Source: an uncultured bacterium
GTDB taxonomy: Bacteria; Babelota; Babeliae; Babelales; Vermiphilaceae
DNA: 64,000 nucleotides
NCBI GenBank assembly: GCA_963701085.1
Contig: OY969561.1
Location: forward strand, 352,001-416,000
Direction of reading: 5' to 3'
Shown here: piece by piece, positions 1 to 8,436 of the stretch
Layout of the letters: each line of letters starts with the position of its first letter
How positions within the stretch are numbered: the stretch's first letter is position 1
The notes under the pieces: model-generated
Seen by the model: only the letters and a program-made list of their open reading frames with translations
What the model was told of the DNA's origin: nothing
Databases searched by the model: none
Position numbers and translations under genes: made by a program

Positions 1-143
1 TTATAGGCAATGGTTACTTTTATTGGATCATTGAGCTTATTCTGTATCGTATACACTTCATACTTGTTGGTTTCCATAGCAATTGCTGCACCAGTTGCAA
101 AAAACAACAGTAAACTTGCTAAACCTACATTGTACTTTTTCAT
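1..143 (-). CDS. Secreted hypothetical protein, 5' part only (runs off the window start)
   Basis: Manual translation of the minus strand: RBS AAGGAG, then MKKYNVGLASLLLFFATGAAIA-METNKYEVYTIQNKLNDPIKVTIAY; classic signal peptide; not in the ORF track. Confidence 0.7.
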   Translation of the reverse strand, partial: MKKYNVGLASLLLFFATGAAIAMETNKYEVYTIQNKLNDPIKVTIAY

Positions 144-366
144 AATCATTCTCCTTCGTATGAACATTATAGAGCATACTGCACCATGCACTATGTCTCT
201 TATTTTACCCCAGAGGCCTCTAGGTATCCTAAAATTAACAAATAATTTATTCAGATTGCAATAGTTTTATAACAAATGTGTTGAAAATCTCCGAGAACGT
301 CGCATAACGGATACTCTTTTGTAAAAAATAAATATAGAAATAGCGGAAAAAATAAATTGTGAATAT

Positions 367-421
367 AAAAAAAAGAAACATCCTCAAGAATATAAAAAAT
401 TTGAGGATGTTTCTTTTTTTT
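367..421. terminator. Intrinsic terminator (A/T-flanked hairpin) downstream of thyX
   Basis: Inverted repeat aaaaaaagaaacatcctcaa...ttgaggatgtttcttttttt just beyond the thyX stop. Confidence 0.75.
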
Positions 422-426
422 ACAAA

Positions 427-1203
427 TTATTCAGCAGTTGCGGTAAAATTTTGAGTAAATAGATCAGTTTCAATCTCTAGTTCTGCTGCGTGAATGCGCT
501 TCCATTCACCGAGTGATATAGAAAAATGTGGCAGTGCAAGTTTGAGCAATGTTTGCGCATACATTCTAATTTCATATTGAGCGCCAGCATGCAGGCGTAA
601 TTTAAGGAAGTGCATCAGCGAGTGTAAGTTGCAGGTGAAAATAAATTCTGTATAGGTGCACAAAGGCAATACGCTGCGTGCAATTTCTCTACCAACACCA
701 TTTTCTAGCAAGTATTCATATGCTTGCACGCTGTGCGCAATTGATTCTTTAAATTTTTGGGTAAACTCTGCATTATCAAATGAACCAATAGATGCTTGTT
801 TGTTTTTGGTATCTTGAGAGCGCCATTTTGGTGGTACATAAAATTCGAGAGATGCTTTGACGTAGCGGTAGCTAATTTCATTATATGAGTTCATGCGGTG
901 GCGCATCCATTGCCGTGCAACAAAAATAGGTGCTTTGATGCGAAAAGATAGTTGATTATGTTCAAAAGGACTTGTGTGATTATGTTCCATCAAAAATGAG
1001 ATCAGTTTTTTATCACGATCAGTTACTTCAGATGAAATTTTACCATAAGAAACGCGTGCAGCATTGACAACATCAAGATCAGAACCCGCTACGCGGACAA
1101 GTTCAACGGAGCTTATGCCATCACCAAGAGGATCAATGTTATTTGTTGGAGCTGAGTATGCTAATACATCATGTGCGTTTAATGAATTTTTTATTTGTTC
1201 CAT
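427..1203 (-). CDS. thyX: FAD-dependent thymidylate synthase ThyX
   Basis: Motifs AARVSY, HTSPFEH, RQWMRHRMNSYNEISYRY (RHRx7S), EIARSVLP, HAGAQYEIR. Confidence 0.96.
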   Translation of the reverse strand: MEQIKNSLNAHDVLAYSAPTNNIDPLGDGISSVELVRVAGSDLDVVNAARVSYGKISSEVTDRDKKLISFLMEHNHTSPFEHNQLSFRIKAPIFVARQWMRHRMNSYNEISYRYVKASLEFYVPPKWRSQDTKNKQASIGSFDNAEFTQKFKESIAHSVQAYEYLLENGVGREIARSVLPLCTYTEFIFTCNLHSLMHFLKLRLHAGAQYEIRMYAQTLLKLALPHFSISLGEWKRIHAAELEIETDLFTQNFTATAE

Positions 1204-1212
1204 TACTGTGCC

Positions 1213-2331
1213 TTATCGTAGAGAAATTTTACTATGATGAACCATGTTTATAATAACACCGATCATAAAAAGATAACAGACCAAGGATGTATTTCCGTAA
1301 CTAACAAATGGCATTCCAACACCTTTGGTTGGAGCTAATCCTGTTGCAACTGCCATATTCATAACTGCTTGCAGATGAATGACAATCATAAAACCAAGAG
1401 TAACTAATGTGCTAAACGTATCAGCAAGTTGATGTGCAATACGGATACCAAAATATAAGAGAAGAATGAACAGTGTTATTAAAAAGAAGCATCCAATTAA
1501 TCCCGTTTCTTCCGCGATAATGGAGAAAATAAAATCAGTATGTTGCATGGGTAAATAGAAAAATTTTTGTCGTGAATGTGCAATTCCAGTGCCCAACCAA
1601 TTACCAGAACCGATAGCGATGAGTGATTGGATTATCTGAAATCCTGCTCCTTTTGGATCTTGCCATGGATTAAGGAATGTTAAGACACGTTGTAAGCGAT
1701 AGGGACGGAATAAAATCAAAAATATCGCGCTTACTGCTAACCCCACAAGTGTGATGATAATATGTTTTATTTGTGCATGTGCGCAAAAAAATAAAATGAT
1801 AGTGGTGAGTAGCAGCGTAATGGTCATGCCAAAATCTGGTTGTTTAAGAAGTGCAACACACATAAGACTAATGAGTGCGCAAAAAGGAACGAAATGTTTA
1901 AGGGTAATGGTTCCTTTTACTGTTTTTTTTTCAAGAAAATAAGCGACATAAAACAATAGTGTTATCTTAAGTAGTTCACTTGGTTGGAAAGAAAAGCCTG
2001 CAAAAGAAAGCCATCTGCTTGAACCATGAATGGTACGAGAAAATGTTGGTAATAGCGTGAGAAGGACTAAAAAAAGCGAGCAGAGGAATAAAAAGGGTGC
2101 TGTTTTTTTGATAAAACTGAGAGGTATCGCACGGCCAATGCAGAGTGCAATTAGGCCAAGGCCAAGTCCAGCAAGTTGGCGTTTTACAAAAAAAAGTGAT
2201 GTCCCAAATGTTTCTAATGCATATACAGAACTGGATGAATATACAAATAAGCATCCGATGAGAATGAGGGTTGCAATAATGGTAAGGAAAACATTTAAAT
2301 CTGCGTATAAAGGCAATTTTTTTGAAATCAT
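1213..2331 (-). CDS. ftsW: SEDS-family peptidoglycan polymerase FtsW (FtsW/RodA family)
   Basis: Multi-TM protein with SRWLSFAGFSFQPSE, LKQPDFG, GFQIIQSLIAIGSG, HTDFIFSIIAEETG, PFVSYG; adjacent to murD. Confidence 0.9.
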   Translation of the reverse strand: MISKKLPLYADLNVFLTIIATLILIGCLFVYSSSSVYALETFGTSLFFVKRQLAGLGLGLIALCIGRAIPLSFIKKTAPFLFLCSLFLVLLTLLPTFSRTIHGSSRWLSFAGFSFQPSELLKITLLFYVAYFLEKKTVKGTITLKHFVPFCALISLMCVALLKQPDFGMTITLLLTTIILFFCAHAQIKHIIITLVGLAVSAIFLILFRPYRLQRVLTFLNPWQDPKGAGFQIIQSLIAIGSGNWLGTGIAHSRQKFFYLPMQHTDFIFSIIAEETGLIGCFFLITLFILLLYFGIRIAHQLADTFSTLVTLGFMIVIHLQAVMNMAVATGLAPTKGVGMPFVSYGNTSLVCYLFMIGVIINMVHHSKISLR

Positions 2332-2342
2332 AACATATTTTC

Positions 2343-3722
2343 CTAGTGATGTTTTTTTATATAATCTATCACCAATTTTTTAAAATGTTTTCCTCTTTTT
2401 TCATAATTTTCATATAAATCATAACTGCTTCCCGCGGGAGATAGCAACACACAATCATTTGGGTTTATGGTAGCGGTGCAAGCAGCAACAGCTTCATCTA
2501 GTGTGGCACAATGAGTTGCCGGAATGTTGTTGGCATTACACATGGTATATAATGATTGTGCTTCTTTACCAAAACAATAGATATGTTTTACCTGATTTCG
2601 TAGCTGAGCAATGAACGGTGCGCGATCAACTCCTTTGCTCAATCCACCAAGAAAAAGATGAAGAGGGCGGTTATGCAGTTTTTCAACGGCTGCTAGAGTT
2701 GATGCGGTGGTAGTTGCTTTTGAATCGTTGTAAAAATCAACATTGTTAATAGTGCCAATTTTTTCAATACGGTGTTCAGGTAATTGCACGGTATGTGCAA
2801 TTGTTTCTAATGCTGTACTGTTTAATTTCATAAGATCACACGTTGCTGCAATAACGAGTATATTTTCAATAAATGATACATTATGCAGGGCGGGTGTCAG
2901 TGGCATAAAAGGAGTGTGTATGCCATCTGTGTAACGCATTACGATATCATTGTGGATATAATACATGGATTCATTAACTGCGAGTGAATTCAATTCATTC
3001 ACAGAAGGACAAGTTTGGATAAAATACGAGCGTTTATGGCCATCAATTGGAGAATGCATTTTGTTGCGTAGTGTAAAATGCACCAGAGATAAATGATCTT
3101 TTGTTTGATGTGCAAGTATGTTTTCTTTTGCTAAAAAATAATCATTTTCGGTGGCGTGATGATCAAGATGATTGGGATAAAAGTTTGTCCAAATAGCAAG
3201 CATAGGAGCAAACGTTTTACAGCGATCCAATTGAAAGCTAGAGACCTCAAGTAATGCATAATCAACATTGTTCTGTTGATTAATTAAATCGAATGTAGCT
3301 GTTCCAATATTTCCGCCAACAGCAACAGGAATGGAAAGTTTTTTTAATAGTTCACTCAGAATATGAGTAGTGGATGTTTTGCCAACACTGCCAGTTATAG
3401 TAATGATTGGTTTATGAAATGTGGCATAAAAAAAATCAAGTTCATGTATCCATTTATGAACGTGCGTCGCGTAACGCATTGGGCTTATGTTAATGCCTGG
3501 AGAAGGAATAATGAATTCACAAGAATTAAAAAATGTTTCCTGTTCTTGCTCATTATACCACGTAATATTTTTTTCTTTTAAAAAATCGCATTCTTGTTCA
3601 GTTGGTATGCGTTTATCCATAACACTGAGCTGATGGCCCTGTGCATGCAAATAATTGACTGCTGCTTTACCAACAATACCAAAGCCCCATACTCCAATAT
3701 GTTTATTTTTTTGAATTATCAT
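2343..3722 (-). CDS. murD: UDP-N-acetylmuramoyl-L-alanine--D-glutamate ligase
   Basis: SPGI, ITGSVGKTSTT P-loop, GGNIG, LEVSSFQL, HLDHH, NDSKATT, LLSPAGSSYD..YEKRG..F. Confidence 0.95.
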   Translation of the reverse strand: MIIQKNKHIGVWGFGIVGKAAVNYLHAQGHQLSVMDKRIPTEQECDFLKEKNITWYNEQEQETFFNSCEFIIPSPGINISPMRYATHVHKWIHELDFFYATFHKPIITITGSVGKTSTTHILSELLKKLSIPVAVGGNIGTATFDLINQQNNVDYALLEVSSFQLDRCKTFAPMLAIWTNFYPNHLDHHATENDYFLAKENILAHQTKDHLSLVHFTLRNKMHSPIDGHKRSYFIQTCPSVNELNSLAVNESMYYIHNDIVMRYTDGIHTPFMPLTPALHNVSFIENILVIAATCDLMKLNSTALETIAHTVQLPEHRIEKIGTINNVDFYNDSKATTTASTLAAVEKLHNRPLHLFLGGLSKGVDRAPFIAQLRNQVKHIYCFGKEAQSLYTMCNANNIPATHCATLDEAVAACTATINPNDCVLLSPAGSSYDLYENYEKRGKHFKKLVIDYIKKHH

Positions 3723-3744
3723 AATCAGCCTATTATCGTTTTAT

Positions 3745-4467
3745 TCACTGTTCAATCCATTGTAGAAAAGCTGCATCGTCGATGTTGTGTTCATTATTAA
3801 TAGGTAACGTGTTGTTGTTAGATAAAAGTTCGAAGTTGACGAAATTTTTTTCTATTACAGGCGATTTTATAGGTGGATGTGATTGTATGTGTTTTACATA
3901 ATTTGATTGAGCATTAAATTTTTTAGGACATATAGCGCATGAATAAGGCATTTGTTCCGTATGCATTTTTCTGTGTCTTATCAGACTGCCTGCATCACAA
4001 AAACTGTTGGAGCATATGTTACAGGCATAAGGTTTTTCTTTTGTATGAATATGTCTGATGTGACTTTTAAGATTGCTGTTCTGAGTAAAACTTTTGGGAC
4101 ACATGTCACAGGTGTAAGGTTTTTCTTTTGTATGAATATGTCTGATATGATTTTTAAGATTGCTGTTCTGAGTAAAACTTTTGGGGCACATGTCACAGGT
4201 ATAAGGTCTTTCTTTTGTATGAATAAATCTGATATGTGTTTTAAGATTGCTGTTCTGAGTAAAACTTTTGTCGCATTGATCACATGCATATGGTTTTGCA
4301 ATATATGATTTATACTCTGTAGGTATAAACGGTGTGATACCGACGTATGCATTGTCTCTAATGGTTACACTGGGTGATTTACAAAGTTGTTTTTCCATAG
4401 TTGCTGATGATGTTGGTAGTAAAGAACAAAATAAAAAAATAGTGTAAGTAAAATTTTTTTTTTGCAT
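3745..4467 (-). CDS. Signal-peptide protein with 5 tandem C2H2 zinc fingers (eukaryote-like)
   Basis: Five CxxC-x12-H-x3/4-H units with HTKEKPY-type linkers; hydrophobic N-terminus ending SSA-TMEK. Confidence 0.9.
   Translation of the reverse strand: MQKKNFTYTIFLFCSLLPTSSATMEKQLCKSPSVTIRDNAYVGITPFIPTEYKSYIAKPYACDQCDKSFTQNSNLKTHIRFIHTKERPYTCDMCPKSFTQNSNLKNHIRHIHTKEKPYTCDMCPKSFTQNSNLKSHIRHIHTKEKPYACNICSNSFCDAGSLIRHRKMHTEQMPYSCAICPKKFNAQSNYVKHIQSHPPIKSPVIEKNFVNFELLSNNNTLPINNEHNIDDAAFLQWIEQ
4020..4290 (-). repeat. 87-bp tandem repeat encoding zinc fingers 1-3
   Basis: taagattgctgttctgagtaaaacttttg recurs at 4068, 4155 and 4242 (87-nt period). Confidence 0.9.
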
Positions 4468-4577
4468 AGGGTACCTTCTCTGCGACTAGCTTGTACAAGT
4501 ATATTGTTTTTAGGTATTCTACATCATATTAAAAATAGTGAGAAGTTAAAAAAAGTTGGTAGGGGTGTTGTATTCTT

Positions 4578-5503
4578 ATGGATATTAAAAATAACAGTTT
4601 TAATATGGATGAATTCCTTCATCCTTTTATAGCAGCTCAAGATATATCACTTAATTCTCGTACTACATATCTTAATGCAATGGTGCAATTTGTGCGTTGG
4701 TGTACAGAAAAAAAAATAACTGAGCCAAAGCGTGAAACAATTTTATCATATAAATTTTGGCTTGATACAAAGGGATTAAGCTCATATACCAAAGCGATGT
4801 ACATAGTTGTTGTACGCCGCTTTTTTTGTGGACTGAAGATTCACAATTGTATCCCAATGTTTCGCGTGGAGTTAAAGGAATTAAAAAGTTTGCAAAAAGC
4901 CATCAAAAAGAATCACTATCAATTGATGCGCTTAGGCAATTATTTGCATCTATTAATTGTTCTACCCTGCAAGGAAAGCGTGATTTTGCCCTTATTAATA
5001 TTTTAGTGCGCACAGGCCTACGACTCAAAGAAATTGCTTCAGCAACATTAGAAGATATGTATGAGCAACGTGGAGAGATGCTATTATGGATTCATGGTAA
5101 AGGGCGTGCAAGTAAAGATGAGTTTGTGTTATTAACGCCGCAAACATTAGTTTCATTACATAATTATCTGCAATCACGCGTGATTAAGAGTGAAAAGGAT
5201 CCCCTTTTTGTTTCCTTAAGTGATCGTAATTATGGTAAAAAATTAACAATATTTTCATTATCACGTATTATTAAGCGGCGTTTGCGTGCAGCAGGATTTG
5301 ATAGTAAGCGCATTACTGCGCATAGTTTGCGTCATACATTTGGTGTGCTTTCTATGCAAGCAGGAGCATCATTGTATGAAGTGCAACTTGCTATGCGTCA
5401 TACTGCACCAACAACTACGCAATTGTATTTGGGAGATATTGAACGACTTAAGCGATTAGAGGCTTCACCTGAACGCAAGATGAGCAATTTATTAGATGTG
5501 TAA
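4578..5503 (+). CDS. Tyrosine recombinase (XerC/XerD-like), about 308 aa, split by a 1-nt frameshift in the T7 run at 4821-4827
   Basis: SAM-like N-domain (4578 ORF) and catalytic domain with RTGLR..EI, HGKG, AHSLRHTF, MRH, TTQLY (4826 ORF); one extra T gives RRFFLWTED and joins the frames. Confidence 0.85.
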
Positions 5504-5517
5504 AAATAGGGAATGGT

Positions 5518-7026
5518 ATGAAAAAATTACAAAAATATAGTTTGCTATTTGTTGTGATAAGTTTTAATTCAACGTATGGAATGGTGCTTAATAAGAAGCA
5601 TGTAACCACCTTAAAAACAGGGTGTACTCGCAATTTTTGGTTAAAGAAAAAAGTTAATAATTATGGTCTTGTAACAGCAACAATGCCACAAACATCAAAA
5701 AGTGCATTGGGAAATTTTAGACTTGATAAAACATATGGTGTGAGAGATTATTTAGCACAATATATAGCATTTGATAAAAAAATATCGCTACAAGATGCTG
5801 TTTGGGAAGATTTTGATGCTATAAGAAAGGCATATTACCAATTTTTAAGTCATAATGCATCTGATGTTATACAAGCTGCTCTTAATAATAATGTTATTGA
5901 TCCACATTATGCAGTGCAAGCATTATATTTTACGCACAAGGTGGTTACACAACTTCAAGATCACATAGAACATAACCAAGATTTTGGACATGAATATACA
6001 AGTGATCCAAAAAAACATATTTGGATTATAAAATGTGAACAAAAAGCAATTGTAAATTTAGTTAATTTTTTGCAACAGAGACCAGTAAATCCAGTAAACA
6101 GGAATTATAAAATAAACCCATCTGGACGTGTGTTTAAAGAAAAAGAACATCAAGTGGTTGTCCATTTACCCATTCAAAAGAGTATAAGACCTCATAGAAT
6201 AGCGCATGTACATGATGGAGTTTTAGGAACATTCGATCCTCAGATAAACTATCCTATTCAGGAATATTTAGAAAAATATCTTAAAGAACAAGATGATAAA
6301 ATTGAGTGGCGAGCGCTTAAAAAAGCATATGATGATTTTTTATTTTATAATATGCCATCGACTATACAAGATTCATTTGAAAATTCAAAAAATGCTCAAT
6401 ATATTGTTTGTAGTGTAAGGCCGATCATTAAAAACGTAACACAAAAAGAAGTTGGAGAAGCATTATTATTCACTTTAGATGTTGCGCGCGCAATGCGACG
6501 TTATTTACAGCTTGATCATCACATAACACTCACATTAACAGATGAGGATGTACAATTATTTGCTCAGTTGGGAATTGAGCCAGCTACAATCGCGCAAACA
6601 TGGGATGGTGTGTTGGGAAATTTCGCGCTTACCAAAAAACAAAATGGTAAAACAAAATGTACGATCCAAGATTATTTATGTAAATATATTGCAAGAAATT
6701 TGCAGATACCCGAAGACGCGGTAATAAGTGAAGCAACATTTTTAGATATCAAAAAAGCATTTGAAGTATTTGTTAGTCATAACCATCCAGACGCTATTTT
6801 GATAGATTTTGAAAATGGAGTAATTAATAAGCAGCATGCAAAAGAAGCATTGGAATTTACGTTGTGGGTGATTAGTGCATTTGAAGAATATTTGTCAGAG
6901 TTTAAAGATGACTCATATGAAATGGAACTGTTTGAACTGTTTTGGTTAATCAGCAGAATAAAAGATACATCATATACTATGAGATTTGTGGAAAAAGGTG
7001 AGTGGAGTAGTTTGGTGAGAGAATAA
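5518..7026 (+). CDS. Secreted hypothetical protein with three internal J-domain-like repeats
   Basis: Signal peptide (..NSTYG-M); three repeats of LG(N/T)F..YL..Y..(I/L)(R/K)KA(Y/F)..F...N..AL.FT; the third contains HPD. Confidence 0.65.
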   Translation: MKKLQKYSLLFVVISFNSTYGMVLNKKHVTTLKTGCTRNFWLKKKVNNYGLVTATMPQTSKSALGNFRLDKTYGVRDYLAQYIAFDKKISLQDAVWEDFDAIRKAYYQFLSHNASDVIQAALNNNVIDPHYAVQALYFTHKVVTQLQDHIEHNQDFGHEYTSDPKKHIWIIKCEQKAIVNLVNFLQQRPVNPVNRNYKINPSGRVFKEKEHQVVVHLPIQKSIRPHRIAHVHDGVLGTFDPQINYPIQEYLEKYLKEQDDKIEWRALKKAYDDFLFYNMPSTIQDSFENSKNAQYIVCSVRPIIKNVTQKEVGEALLFTLDVARAMRRYLQLDHHITLTLTDEDVQLFAQLGIEPATIAQTWDGVLGNFALTKKQNGKTKCTIQDYLCKYIARNLQIPEDAVISEATFLDIKKAFEVFVSHNHPDAILIDFENGVINKQHAKEALEFTLWVISAFEEYLSEFKDDSYEMELFELFWLISRIKDTSYTMRFVEKGEWSSLVRE

Positions 7027-7044
7027 TTTTTTTAATAGATCATA

Positions 7045-7093
7045 AAAACAGAGGCTTTTCTTATGAAAAATCATAGCAAAAGCCTCTGTTTTT
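7045..7093 (+). terminator. Intrinsic terminator
   Basis: aaaaacagaggctttt...aaaagcctctgttttttt after the 7026 stop. Confidence 0.7.
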
Positions 7094-7102
7094 TTGTTTT
7101 TC

Positions 7103-7132
7103 TTGCATTTGCCGATATGATTAATTTATAAT
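7103..7132 (+). promoter_or_regulatory. Putative sigma70 promoter for the 7184 gene
   Basis: TTGCAT-18nt-TATAAT, followed by the AGGAG RBS at about 7173. Confidence 0.4.
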
Positions 7133-7183
7133 AGTAATTGATAGGCTGTATGGTGTATAATAAATAAAAAAAAGGAGTTATTG

Positions 7184-7939
7184 ATGAAAAGTCTAAAAAT
7201 ATCCTCAATAATAGCGGTGGTAGTGGTGTTATTGAGTAATTTGACAGCACTTGCTATGGAGGCGCCAAAAAAAGAATATTTTTTCATAAAAACCGCAATA
7301 AGTGACATTCAGGATTTTGCTGAAGATAAGAGTCAAGAAACCGGGAAAAAGTATCAGATAATCACACAACCTGTTCTTGTTGAAGCGTGTTTGCAGGTGT
7401 TAGGATTAAATGAAAATAATACCCCATTAGATGTTAGGTATCATTATGAATTATTGAAGCAAAAATTATTAAAAGATCCATTACATAGTACCGTTGAAAA
7501 AGCATATACTCAATTAATAAAAATGTTCTTTGTTTTTGATGGTTATCAGAATGAAATCTCAGATCTTTTAGCAATGAATTTTATCAAAATGGAGGAAATG
7601 GAGCTTGAGGAAACATCGGCACAGCCATATGAATTTGCGAAATACAAAAATAAAGTCATTGATCAAACCATTAAAGAGTTGCAACAACGTAACCGTCAGT
7701 ATATTTTCAATGAGCCAATTGAATCATCTAGTACTATAAAAAAACTTTTGAATTTACCGTCTCATGCATCAGCTAATTCTATAACAAGACACTATAATAG
7801 CTATATTGAAAAAAATTCTCCCAATCAATTAATTGCTCGTAAAAATATGAATAAAATATCGAGTCAAGATCTAAAAGACAAAATGTTTGAAATAGAAAAA
7901 ATTAAAGAAGCATATACTCAATATCTCAAAGAAAAATGA
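7184..7939 (+). CDS. Secreted hypothetical protein with degenerate J-domain-like segments
   Basis: AGGAG RBS; signal peptide ending ALA-ME; segments VLGL...DVRYHY...VEKAY and LLNLPSHAS...ITRHY...SPN...IKEAY resemble J-domain helices lacking HPD. Confidence 0.6.
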   Translation: MKSLKISSIIAVVVVLLSNLTALAMEAPKKEYFFIKTAISDIQDFAEDKSQETGKKYQIITQPVLVEACLQVLGLNENNTPLDVRYHYELLKQKLLKDPLHSTVEKAYTQLIKMFFVFDGYQNEISDLLAMNFIKMEEMELEETSAQPYEFAKYKNKVIDQTIKELQQRNRQYIFNEPIESSSTIKKLLNLPSHASANSITRHYNSYIEKNSPNQLIARKNMNKISSQDLKDKMFEIEKIKEAYTQYLKEK

Positions 7940-8436
7940 GAGTAAATGAGTAGTTTTTCACATTCTGAAAAATCTTTATTTATAAAAATATCTAGCAGAA
8001 ATAATTTATGTTAGTTTTGTGTGATTTGCGTCGAGGATTGATTGATTTGAGGTAAATACGCGTTTGTTGTTATTTGTGTTGGTCATAATTAAAAACGTTC
8101 GCTATAATTGATCGCTCAAAAGGTTATTTTTTGTAGGTTTTTTATAAAATTTAAGTTTATTGATATGTATGTCAAAAAATTTAAGTTTGTTGACACAGGA
8201 ATGTCAAAGAAAGCCTTATAGATAAGGATTTTATCTGCAAGGCTTTTTTATTGTTTTTTGTGCGTTGGTCGCATAATGGAAAGTCGCTACATCTCTCGAC
8301 AAATTATTTTTTTTTATGGTACACTCCATCATAATTAATCTGTCAAACAAAAAAAAATAAGGGAGAGTGTCTGTATTTTTAAAAATTGTACAAGGGATGA
8401 GAGTATTGTAATTTTTTATAAAAAAAGGTAAGAAAG

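Noticed and set aside
10-264. 84-aa plus-strand ORF
   Set aside because: It is the antisense shadow of the minus-strand secreted gene starting at 143, which has an RBS and signal peptide
7940-8436. Replication origin in the long AT-rich intergenic region
   Set aside because: No cluster of TTATCCACA DnaA boxes; the dif-like site suggests this window is near the terminus instead
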